Shown here: in pieces, positions 50,421 through 58,945 of the stretch | Layout of the letters: each line of letters opens with the position of its first letter | Position numbering within the stretch: position 1 is the stretch's first letter | DNA from: an uncultured Candidatus Saccharibacteria bacterium | GTDB taxonomy: Bacteria; Patescibacteriota; Saccharimonadia; Saccharimonadales; JBBQAJ01 | Assembly (NCBI GenBank): GCA_964597925.1 | Contig: CAZQZT010000001.1 | Location: 13,629-77,628 of the forward strand | Direction: 5' to 3' | DNA length: 64,000 nt | The notes under the pieces: generated by a model | What the model saw: the letters and a program-made list of their open reading frames with translations, nothing else | Databases searched by the model: none | Told to the model about the DNA's origin: nothing | Program-made: the position numbers and the translations under genes

Positions 50421-52217
50421 TTAAGTCGCACTTAAAAGTTTTTGCAAGCGCGCCCAAACATCTTCTTGCTGGCGTCCTAGTTTTGCACAGACTCGTTCTA
50501 GCGGTTGCTGTTGACGAACAAGCTGTTTTAGAAGCGTGTCTTCTTGTGCAGTCCAGTTTGAACTATCTTGCAGGGCAACAGGTTTGCCGGTGTGTTTGGC
50601 TACGATTTCTAGAATATCTTGGCCATACTGTTCTACTTTGCGTCCTCCAAAACCCTTTATGCCCAGCAGGGTCCGTGAAGAGTCGGGCTGCTTAGATGCC
50701 ACTGTTTCTAGCACGCTGTCATGCGCAATTACATAGGCTGGCACACTGTCCGTACTGGCGCGTTTGAGCCGCCATGCCTTTAATTCTGTTAGTAGTTTTT
50801 TGTTTACTTTTGGCTCTTCTGGTTCGCTAAGATCTTCTTCCTCAATATCGGGAGTAATTTCTGCAAGTCCTGCAGAAGTTTTGCGAAGTTCTCGGTCAAA
50901 TTCGTAAATTTGCGGGTGCATTTGCAGTGCCATGGCATTGATGCCAGAAAGATACAGCCCATCTATGCTGCGAATGCGAGACAGTGCCACATAACCCATG
51001 CCCGGCGTAAAAGATTTGCTTAGGTCAATCTCAGCTGCATCCAAGCTCATGCCTTGGCTCTTATGGATTGTAATTGCCCAGGCAAGCCTGAGTGGCAATT
51101 GCGCAACTTCTGCCCTAACTTTATCATCTTCTTCTAGCTTCCAGCTATGCTGGCCGACCTTTATATTTCGCCCATTGGCAAGCCGTACAATTGGCTGTTC
51201 ATCACGAAAATCCACTACTTGACCACGAGTACCATTTACAAATCCGCCAGACGGGCTATTGGCTACAAACATGACTTCTGCGCCTTTTTTGAGTTCTAGT
51301 TTTTCTGGCGCCAGCACGCTTCTGCGCAATTGCTCAACCTTTGCTGCCGAACCTTTGGTTGCCATTTTATACTCATAAACTTCTTGGTCTAGCGCATCAA
51401 GGTGCCGCTGGTTTACGGTGTCTATGTCTACGTTATGTGCATACAGGCGAGTGACGGGCTGGAGGGCGGAAGGGCGCTGACCTAGCCGTTCACTCAGCAA
51501 TTCTTGATGAAACTCTTCCAAGTCTCCGCTACGCATGGCTTCTAGCAGTTCTAGTAAACCATCCCGTTCTTGGCGATGTTGTTCGGTTATGTAGCAAATT
51601 TGCGGGCTTAGTTCCTCCCACGCAGCTGATTCGTGCACAAAGTCCGCTGTTTCACTGCCCCGCGTTACCGGCGGAAGCTGAAACAGGTCTCCTACTAAAA
51701 TAACTTGCAGCCCCCCAAACGGGTCAGTGTTTTTACGCAGCAATTTGCAGGCTTCGTTTACCATGTCCAGCCGGTGGCCATGCAACATAGAAACTTCGTC
51801 TATAACCAACACATCCGTTGCGTTGTAGCGTTTTACTAGTTTGGCATTGCCAGCTAGCTGTTGTTTATCACGGTGACCTAGCGAATCGCGAATACCAAGT
51901 CCAGACCAAGAATGAATGGTGGTACCGCCTATATGCGTGGCCGCTATACCCGTGCTTGCTGTTACCGCAACCGTTTTGCCAGAACGGGTTGCGCGCTTTA
52001 CGAACGCGTTCAGTACATAAGTCTTACCAGCCCCTGGAGGCCCAGTCAAAAACAGCGGCGCACCCGACAACATTACAGTAAGCGCTTGGGCTTGTTTCAT
52101 GTAGCTCATTGTAGCAGGGAGAGCATGCAAGAAGCCGTCGACTATCTGTTCAGACACGACCCCGGTCTTGGTCGCATCGATTGCTGCAGCCGTTGGCTTC
52201 CTCGTGTGGCGGCTCAT
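50421..52217 (-). CDS. PIF1/RecD-family ATP-dependent DNA helicase with a C-terminal HRDC domain
   Basis: Walker A GPPGAGKTY, VLVIDEVSM, LVGDLFQLPPV, ITIHKSQGMS. HRDC-like LKAWRLKRA...PAYVIAHDSVLETVA...LLGIKGFGGRKVEQYG. Confidence 0.85.
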   Translation of the reverse strand: MSRHTRKPTAAAIDATKTGVVSEQIVDGFLHALPATMSYMKQAQALTVMLSGAPLFLTGPPGAGKTYVLNAFVKRATRSGKTVAVTASTGIAATHIGGTTIHSWSGLGIRDSLGHRDKQQLAGNAKLVKRYNATDVLVIDEVSMLHGHRLDMVNEACKLLRKNTDPFGGLQVILVGDLFQLPPVTRGSETADFVHESAAWEELSPQICYITEQHRQERDGLLELLEAMRSGDLEEFHQELLSERLGQRPSALQPVTRLYAHNVDIDTVNQRHLDALDQEVYEYKMATKGSAAKVEQLRRSVLAPEKLELKKGAEVMFVANSPSGGFVNGTRGQVVDFRDEQPIVRLANGRNIKVGQHSWKLEEDDKVRAEVAQLPLRLAWAITIHKSQGMSLDAAEIDLSKSFTPGMGYVALSRIRSIDGLYLSGINAMALQMHPQIYEFDRELRKTSAGLAEITPDIEEEDLSEPEEPKVNKKLLTELKAWRLKRASTDSVPAYVIAHDSVLETVASKQPDSSRTLLGIKGFGGRKVEQYGQDILEIVAKHTGKPVALQDSSNWTAQEDTLLKQLVRQQQPLERVCAKLGRQQEDVWARLQKLLSAT

Positions 52218-52235
52218 AAGGAGGGAAGAACACCC

Positions 52236-52361
52236 GTGCTCGATGTCTTAGCGCTGAACAGCGACGCCATCCGCCTGTTACTCGATAATGGGTTCTCGAT
52301 CATCGACCACACCGACCATTGGGGCGCACCGCTCGTAGTCATGGCACTACCATTTCAATGA
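52236..52361 (+). CDS. Candidate 41-aa ankyrin-repeat-like fragment ORF
   Basis: AAGGAGGG SD (52219-52226) 9 nt before GTG 52236. VLDVLALNSDAIRLLLDNGFSIIDHTDHWGAPLVVMALPFQ resembles one ankyrin repeat. About 55 percent GC by hand count over 52261-52320. Confidence 0.3.
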   Translation: MLDVLALNSDAIRLLLDNGFSIIDHTDHWGAPLVVMALPFQ

Positions 52362-52390
52362 GCGCCGTCTACTTGGCCGCCACTAACCTT

Positions 52391-53704
52391 TTAGGGAGCC
52401 AGGCGGTTGATGTCGCGAGGGAAGAGCGTGACTTCTTTTACGCTGTGAAGTCCTACGATCTTTTGCGTTAGACGTTCTAGTCCCATGCCAAAACCGCCGT
52501 GAGGGGGCATGCCGGCCTTCATGGCCATTAGAAAATATTTAAAACCTGGGTCTTCAGGGTTCCCGCCAGCCATTTCTTTGAGCTGCTTTACTACAACCGC
52601 GTAGTCGTTTTCACGCATAGAACCGGTAACAATTTCTACTCCACGGAAAAGCAAGTCTACGCGGTCAGCTAGTTCAGGATTGCCTATTTGGGCTTTATGA
52701 TAAAACTTCATTTCACTAGCTGGCCAATCAGTTACAAACACAGCCTCACTCCCTAAATTCTTTTTGGCATAGTCGCAAATCCAGCGCTCTTCGTCAGGAC
52801 GAAGGTCTTTTTCTCCAATCGTGCTCTCGCTGTTGACTTTGCTGTAGCGTTCATGGATTTCCGCCATTGAGATTGAAGGAATTTCCTTGGTCAGTGTCGG
52901 CTTAGTGGCATTCCAGCGCTTCAGGTCTTGTTCATGCTCTTCCCAAACATAATTCACTGTATGATTTAGCTGTCCGCTTAACAAAGATTTTATGTCTTCT
53001 ATATCGGCAAATCCCATTTCTGCATCTACGGATATGTATTCGGTCATATGGCGAGTAGTAGCGCTAGGTTCTGCTCTGTAGGCCGGCGCTATTTCAAATA
53101 ATCGTTCAAATACTCCTACTAGCATTTGTTTGTAAAATTGCGGGCTCTGTGCCAGGGTTGCTTCTTGACCAAAGTAGTCTAGTTTAAAAACTTCCGCTCC
53201 GCCTTCTGTGGCAGCTGCAAGCAGTTTAGGGGTTTGCACTTCTGTAAAATCTTGTTGGTAGAAATAATCGCGAAGCGCCTTAGTTATAGTTGAGCGAATT
53301 CTAAACAGAGCCGTTTCGTTCAGGTTGCGTAAACTAACAGGACGATTATCAAACAGCGTATCCTGGTTTTCTGGCTTATGGTCAATTGGCTTGTCTATTT
53401 CTATTGGTGGCTCTTCGGTTACCGGCACCAATACTTCAATTTTAGGCTTATGGAGTTCTGCACCACCTGGAGCGCGCTCTTCTTCTACTGCTTTGCCCGT
53501 TACCTTGAGCACAGTGCCTATATGCAAACCACGAAGTTTTTCTACCTCTGATTTGTCTTCTATAACCATTTGGATTAAACCACTACGATCTCGCAAGCTA
53601 ATAAAGTTTAGTCCTCCGAGTAGGCGCTTTTTGTGCACCCAGCCTTGGATTTCTACTTCTTTGCCAATATGTTTGGCGATGTCTCTGCTTAAAACTCTAG
53701 TCAT
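52391..53704 (-). CDS. aspS: Aspartate--tRNA ligase, archaeal/type-2 form (AsnRS not excluded)
   Basis: 437 aa. N-terminal OB fold (VEIQGWVHKKRLLGGLNFISLRDRSG), class II motifs YRAEPSATTRHMTEY and GGFGMGLERL, FPRDINRLAP ending. Confidence 0.8.
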   Translation of the reverse strand: MTRVLSRDIAKHIGKEVEIQGWVHKKRLLGGLNFISLRDRSGLIQMVIEDKSEVEKLRGLHIGTVLKVTGKAVEEERAPGGAELHKPKIEVLVPVTEEPPIEIDKPIDHKPENQDTLFDNRPVSLRNLNETALFRIRSTITKALRDYFYQQDFTEVQTPKLLAAATEGGAEVFKLDYFGQEATLAQSPQFYKQMLVGVFERLFEIAPAYRAEPSATTRHMTEYISVDAEMGFADIEDIKSLLSGQLNHTVNYVWEEHEQDLKRWNATKPTLTKEIPSISMAEIHERYSKVNSESTIGEKDLRPDEERWICDYAKKNLGSEAVFVTDWPASEMKFYHKAQIGNPELADRVDLLFRGVEIVTGSMRENDYAVVVKQLKEMAGGNPEDPGFKYFLMAMKAGMPPHGGFGMGLERLTQKIVGLHSVKEVTLFPRDINRLAP

Positions 53705-53711
53705 ATAGAAG

Positions 53712-54776
53712 CTATTCTACCACCTCTGTTGATTCTTCGGTAGGCTTTTCTGGTTCGGCTTCAGCCACGGCGTGTTCTTGATGCTCCTTTTTAGCGGCGC
53801 GCGCAGCCACGGCGCGCAAGTCGTCATACTGATCAAATTCATCTATGATGGGCGAGCCAATCACTGCCTCTAGCACGTCTTCTATGGTGATAATACCGAC
53901 GTATTCTTCAAAGCTGTTTACCACCGTAAACAACTGGCGATGCGTACGCAAAATTGCCTGCAAAGCGTCATGTAATGATTGGTCTTCGTGAATGTATGAA
54001 ACATCCGGCTTCATAAGCTTACGGACTGTTCCGCTGTGTTTTTCCCGCACTAGATCACGCAAATACAACGTGCCTACCATATTGTCTGGCTTGCCCGCGT
54101 ATACCGGAAACCGTGAATGACCAGAACCGTGCAGCTCATCCATAATTATTGGACCGAGTGGTTCATCTGCTTTTATGGCTTTAACAATTCTGCGCGGAGT
54201 CATGTGCTGAGCTACTGTATCGTCACCAAATGTCAGGGCATGAAGGGCGATTTCTAGTTCGGCTTTTTCAATCCTGTTGTCTGGCTGAACTTGTTGCCTC
54301 TCTAGCAATTCTATTAGGTCATGCCTGTCATACATGCCAGTGTGAATATGAAGTGGGCGATGTCGTCGTACAAACCGTACAAGCCAATCTATTAGCGGAT
54401 GAAGTAAAGATACAACTTTTGCCAGCGCTGGTGCACACCAAGCCGCTAGTCGCTCCCCAATGTATGACACTCTGGCTGCCGGCATAAATACAAATCCCAC
54501 CCAAATAAGCAAGCCACTGGCAACCAATGCAAACCAAACAGGCGCGCTAGACGACACGGTTACAAAAAATCCAGCAGATGTAATACCAATCAAAAACCAC
54601 AAAACAGCTCGTAAAGAATGACCGTAGCCAACCGCTTTGAGCAAAGTGCTAGATAGTTCATCGCCATGACGACTTCTACGTTTGAGTTCTTTTATAGGCA
54701 CACGGTAATATGTGCGCTGTAAACTGACGGCTAACAGTGTCAAGCAAGCTAAAAATACCGTAAGCATTGTCTGCAT
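53712..54776 (-). CDS. CNNM/DUF21 transmembrane domain plus CBS-pair protein (CorC/HlyC-family transporter without the CorC_HlyC domain)
   Basis: Four N-terminal TM helices, then a CBS pair (MTPRRIVKAI... and IGIITIEDVLEAVIG). Confidence 0.75.
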   Translation of the reverse strand: MQTMLTVFLACLTLLAVSLQRTYYRVPIKELKRRSRHGDELSSTLLKAVGYGHSLRAVLWFLIGITSAGFFVTVSSSAPVWFALVASGLLIWVGFVFMPAARVSYIGERLAAWCAPALAKVVSLLHPLIDWLVRFVRRHRPLHIHTGMYDRHDLIELLERQQVQPDNRIEKAELEIALHALTFGDDTVAQHMTPRRIVKAIKADEPLGPIIMDELHGSGHSRFPVYAGKPDNMVGTLYLRDLVREKHSGTVRKLMKPDVSYIHEDQSLHDALQAILRTHRQLFTVVNSFEEYVGIITIEDVLEAVIGSPIIDEFDQYDDLRAVAARAAKKEHQEHAVAEAEPEKPTEESTEVVE

Positions 54777-54977
54777 ACAGATATGGTATCACGCCTTGTG
54801 TGCTTAGCCTTCGGGGGTCAGATTGCATTTGAGTGAGCGAAAGCCTTCATCGCAACCGAATCATAACTGTAGTTATGGTGAGAGCGAAATGAAAGCTTGT
54901 AGCCGGACAAATGTGGGCTGAGACGGGGGAAAGTATGCGATGCGTGTTAATATAAATAGCGATAATAAGGGAGATTT

Positions 54978-55625
54978 GTGAATAACCGATTTTTTATAAC
55001 TTTATTAGTGATCATTGCTTTGATAGCCGGCATTTTTGTTTTTAGCAAAAATAACAATTCATCCACCGAAACTTCTAACAGAAACGTTCAGCCTACAAGC
55101 CATACTAAGGGTAGTGATTCTAGTGGTGTGTCACTTATAGAGTACGGCGATTTCCAATGTCCTGCCTGCGCGCAATACTACCCAATACTCAAGCAAGTAT
55201 ACGAAAAATATAAAGACCAGGTTACTTTTCAATTCCGCCACTTTCCACTAGTGCAGATTCACAAAAATGCTTTTGTTGCCTCGCGTGCTGCCGAAGCAGC
55301 CGGCAATCAAGGCAAATTCTGGGAAATGCACGATGCACTATATGAAAACCAGCAGTCGTGGGCCGAGGCGAATAATCCCAACACTTACTTTGACAGCTAT
55401 GCCAAAGAGCTTAATCTGGACATAACAAAATTTCAGCAAGATATGGCGTCACAAGCAACCAATGATAAAATAAACGCCGATTTAGCTGAAGCCAAGAAAA
55501 CTGGAGCAAGCTCTACGCCGACCTTCGTACTAAACGGCAAAAAGCTAGATCAAAACCCCGATAGCATCGAAGAATTGTACAAACTAATAGACGACGCAAT
55601 AGCAGCAAAAAAGACTACTCAGTAG
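54978..55625 (+). CDS. DsbA-family thiol:disulfide oxidoreductase (membrane-anchored)
   Basis: N-terminal TM. YGDFQCPACAQYYP CxxC motif. SD GGGAG 4 nt before GTG. Confidence 0.85.
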   Translation: MNNRFFITLLVIIALIAGIFVFSKNNNSSTETSNRNVQPTSHTKGSDSSGVSLIEYGDFQCPACAQYYPILKQVYEKYKDQVTFQFRHFPLVQIHKNAFVASRAAEAAGNQGKFWEMHDALYENQQSWAEANNPNTYFDSYAKELNLDITKFQQDMASQATNDKINADLAEAKKTGASSTPTFVLNGKKLDQNPDSIEELYKLIDDAIAAKKTTQ

Positions 55626-55786
55626 TAGCCTTTACTTAATTCTGAATACTAAACTTCTAGAACTAGAACTTAGTAATGCAGAAACTGCTGCCATTTTGGG
55701 CGGCTGACTTTAACTTCCACGTAGGATACCCCTCTGTTTTGTTTTACTTTAATTTTGACCGGCATAAGCCGAACTCCTCCCTAAGC

Positions 55787-55816
55787 AGACCCCTCACAGG
55801 TCTTTCGATTTTTTTT
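55787..55816 (+). terminator. Weak hairpin plus long T-run
   Basis: AGACC-cctcaca-GGTCT, TTCGA, then TTTTTTTT. Lies 160 nt downstream of the dsbA-like stop. Confidence 0.35.
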
Positions 55817-55919
55817 AATTTGAACGTTTTTGTCTTCTGTTGTTACAGGCAAAATACCCGCAATTCACGAAGTACTTATATCTTTACATAACGCTTATGC
55901 AAATGCAAGCAAAATACTG

Positions 55920-56444
55920 TTATTTTTCGTCTTTGTTATTGTGATTACTTAACGGGTTAAACTTATTTAACATGTCTTCGGCGCCTTTTAGGCTCATGCG
56001 ACGTTTATGTTCAGCTGCAATTTTGGTATGCAGCTTGTGCAGGTTAGTGCTGGCTATTTGTTTGTCATGTAGATCGCGAAACTCTTGGTCAAGTGCCCCT
56101 AGTTCGTCGTCAGTCATGTCTTCTAGATCCATAAATGAATCTCTGGCAGCAGTAGTCCTGATTATCTCATCTAGCTTTAACTGCATGGCTTTACCGTCCC
56201 GATTCTGAGTGTTTTGAATCAAAAAAACCATTAGAAATGTCACAATCGTTGTGCCGGTGTTTATAACAAGTTGCCAAGTAGATGAAAAGTCAAACGACGG
56301 ACCAGTGAGCGCCCAAACAGCCACTACACTAAAAGCTAGTAAAAAAGCCCAAGCACTGCCCGTCCAGGTTGATATTTTATTGGCAATTCGGCGAAAGAGA
56401 TCTTTCATATTTTGATGCTTATCCTTATTTGCTGTAGAATACAA
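55920..56444 (-). CDS. Low-affinity iron permease family protein (PF04120-like)
   Basis: WAFLLAFSVVAVWALTGP...WQLVINTGTTIVTFLMVFLIQNTQNRDGKAMQLKLDEIIR matches that family as I know it. Confidence 0.7.
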   Translation of the reverse strand: MYSTANKDKHQNMKDLFRRIANKISTWTGSAWAFLLAFSVVAVWALTGPSFDFSSTWQLVINTGTTIVTFLMVFLIQNTQNRDGKAMQLKLDEIIRTTAARDSFMDLEDMTDDELGALDQEFRDLHDKQIASTNLHKLHTKIAAEHKRRMSLKGAEDMLNKFNPLSNHNNKDEK

Positions 56445-56502
56445 GCATAAAGAGTAAAACGCAAATGAACACTAATTTAAAATTAACGATTAGGAACAGT
56501 TA

Positions 56503-58200
56503 GTGCAAGGCGCATTCGCTGAACTCAGTGTAGTAATAGTTATTGCCACAGCTGTCTCTCTGTTTATGAAGTTTATTCGCCAGCCCTTGATATTGGGCTA
56601 TATATTGGCAGGTTTGTTAGTTGGACCATCGGGCCTCGGGCTCATACACAATACTGAAACATTTGAAGCGTTTTCCAAACTTGGCATAGCGCTTCTACTT
56701 TTCATTATTGGTTTAGGTATGAACATCTCGGAACTTCGAAGACTTGGAAGGGTAGTATTTCTTATCACGTCCGCCTCTCTTGTGACCGTAGGTACTCTGG
56801 GCTTTACGGTCGGTTCTTTACTTGGTTTTGACAAGACAGAAGCTGTGATAGTTGGTTTGGCGCTGTTTTTCAGTAGTACCATTATCATTGTTAAAATTTT
56901 GTCTGACAAAAAAGAACAAAACCGTCTGCATGGCCAGATTGCCATAGGTGTAATTCTGGTGGAAGACTTAGTGGCCACATTTGCACTGCTGTTTGTCGTG
57001 GCAGGCGAAGGAAATGGCTTAGAACTTGGGGAGCTAGGAATATTACTGGGCAAAGGATTGCTACTAATAGCTCTTCTGGGCTTTTGCCGTACTAGAATAC
57101 TGCCACCAATCTCAAGATACATGGCAAGTTCACAGGAACTATTGTTTTTGTTTGCAATTGCGTGGGGATTTGGCATAGCCAGCTTGTTTCAATGGGCTGG
57201 TTTTTCTATAGAAGTTGGTGCCTTATTTGGAGGTGTAGCATTAGCTTCATCACCCTACGCCCAAGAGATTGCATCTAGACTTAAGCCTCTGCGAGATTTC
57301 TTTATAGTTTTGTTTTTCATCACGCTTGGAGGCAGTCTAAATACTACTAATTTATCTACTGGATTTGGTGCGGCTTTGATACTTTCTGCCATAGTAATAT
57401 TGGTTAAACCCTTTACCATTACCTTGGTATCCGGCGTGCTTGGTTACACAAAACGCGTTAGCTTTAAGGCTGGTGTAAATTTGTCTCAAATAAGTGAATT
57501 TTCGATTGTGTTAGTAGTACTGGCCAACGAAGCAGGTTTAGTGCGCGAAGAAATTAGCGCCATAATTACACTAGTAGCCATAATTACCATCGCTACTTCT
57601 ACCTATCTCATGCAGTACGACGACAAGCTTTTTACAGTGTTTGATCGTATAAAACTCCACATGTTTGAAAAAGAAGTGGTATACAAAGAAAAACGTCGCA
57701 AGCCTGGCTACCCACTTGTTTTGTTTGGTTATCATCGAGGTGGACATGAATTCGTAAAAACATTTAGACAAATTGGTAAACCATTTTTGGTCATCGACTA
57801 TGACCCATCGGTAATTGAGGCGCTGGAAAGGCAAAGTATTCCCTACATTTACGGTGACGCTACTGACACGGAACTATTAGACGAAATAAATATTGACTCT
57901 ACTAAGCTTTGTATTAGTACTTTTTCTGACTACGGAGTTACTCAGCAACTTGTTAGAAATATTCACAGAATAAACCCTGGAGCTGTAATAATTTGTCATG
58001 CCGTAAGACGCGACGAAGCACTACAACTATACGAAGATGGTGCCACCTATGTGATGATTCCACATTTTATCGGCAGTGAAAAAATCAGTTCCTTTATACG
58101 TAAAAGCGGACTCAAAAAGAGCGAGTTCAATCATTTCAGAGACAAACACCTGGCAGAACTTCAGCAGTCGCGTCAAAATGATGATTATTCTGCCGCGTAG
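56503..58200 (+). CDS. Kef-type cation:proton antiporter with a C-terminal RCK/TrkA-N domain
   Basis: About 12 TM Na+/H+-exchanger-like core, then VLFGYHRGGHEFVKTF...VIDYD (Rossmann-like RCK). GTG start. Confidence 0.8.
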   Translation: MQGAFAELSVVIVIATAVSLFMKFIRQPLILGYILAGLLVGPSGLGLIHNTETFEAFSKLGIALLLFIIGLGMNISELRRLGRVVFLITSASLVTVGTLGFTVGSLLGFDKTEAVIVGLALFFSSTIIIVKILSDKKEQNRLHGQIAIGVILVEDLVATFALLFVVAGEGNGLELGELGILLGKGLLLIALLGFCRTRILPPISRYMASSQELLFLFAIAWGFGIASLFQWAGFSIEVGALFGGVALASSPYAQEIASRLKPLRDFFIVLFFITLGGSLNTTNLSTGFGAALILSAIVILVKPFTITLVSGVLGYTKRVSFKAGVNLSQISEFSIVLVVLANEAGLVREEISAIITLVAIITIATSTYLMQYDDKLFTVFDRIKLHMFEKEVVYKEKRRKPGYPLVLFGYHRGGHEFVKTFRQIGKPFLVIDYDPSVIEALERQSIPYIYGDATDTELLDEINIDSTKLCISTFSDYGVTQQLVRNIHRINPGAVIICHAVRRDEALQLYEDGATYVMIPHFIGSEKISSFIRKSGLKKSEFNHFRDKHLAELQQSRQNDDYSAA

Positions 58201-58796
58201 AGTTTGTTTTTGGTTATATATGCTGAGACTTCCGTCATTAGTCCGCTAACTTGTTTACCGTGTCGTATGCCCAGCCGTATTTTTGAGCTTGTGACTTCCT
58301 CTTTACCCGGTTGAACTATTTGATATTCAAAAGATAAGTTACGAGTTATTTGCAGGTTTTGTATCGTAGCTTTTAGGCCGCTAATATCTTGGTGGCGACT
58401 GGCGATCATAAGCTCTGCATCCTTTACTAAAGAATCTACGTGTGGCCAACTAGCCATGTGTGACACAACGTCGTCACCAAACAACATTACAAGCTTATAG
58501 CTGGCAAAACGAGCCTGTAGCACTGGCAGTGTTTGATGTGGCGTAAAACGAGCCTGCTCCAGAACAATTGTACCAAAGCGAGGTTCGTCTGCCACTGCTA
58601 GCTGGACCATAGCTATGCGGTGTTCTAGCGCCCTTACGCCCTGCTTTCTCCTAGGCCTTGGTTCTGGTAGAAACATAACTTTTTCTAACCCTTTTTCAAG
58701 TGCAGCATATGCAAACGCAATATGTCCATCATGTATAGGGTCAAACGTCCCAGCAAAAATTCCAATTTTCTTAGACATCTTGAGGCATTCCTTCAC
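58185..58796 (-). CDS. nadD: Nicotinate-nucleotide adenylyltransferase
   Basis: IGIFAGTFDPIHDGHI (HxGH nucleotidyltransferase motif) and SSKIR near the C-terminus. Confidence 0.85.
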   Translation of the reverse strand: MKECLKMSKKIGIFAGTFDPIHDGHIAFAYAALEKGLEKVMFLPEPRPRRKQGVRALEHRIAMVQLAVADEPRFGTIVLEQARFTPHQTLPVLQARFASYKLVMLFGDDVVSHMASWPHVDSLVKDAELMIASRHQDISGLKATIQNLQITRNLSFEYQIVQPGKEEVTSSKIRLGIRHGKQVSGLMTEVSAYITKNKLYAAE

Positions 58797-58941
58797 AACA
58801 TTTTGTAGGCATGTGGCACTGTGGGCACATAAAATGTCCGTGGATCGGTTCTATCGGGTAATGCCCACAATTATCGCAAAAGAGTGCTGGGGATTTTTCT
58901 TTCACCAGTTCCTGATATGGGTCAAAATCTACATCATTCAT
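58771..58941 (-). CDS. Small zinc-ribbon protein
   Basis: CDNCGH...CPQCH, two CxxC pairs. ORF track starts at 58980; ATG 58941 lies 4 nt after the upstream stop. Overlaps the nadD start. Confidence 0.5.
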   Translation of the reverse strand: MNDVDFDPYQELVKEKSPALFCDNCGHYPIEPIHGHFMCPQCHMPTKCCEGMPQDV

Positions 58942-58945
58942 GACA

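Noticed and set aside
54777-54977. An M-box, a yybP-ykoY riboswitch or SRP RNA in the CNNM/dsbA intergenic region.
   Set aside because: The terminal G-runs are not complementary, so there is no closing helix. None of the conserved motifs of those families were recognisable. A cmscan is needed.
55676-55891. Plus-strand ORF of 71 aa between the dsbA-like and iron-permease genes.
   Set aside because: It has no SD or promoter spacing, its translation is Phe/Asn-rich and low-complexity, and it spans a terminator-like T-run.
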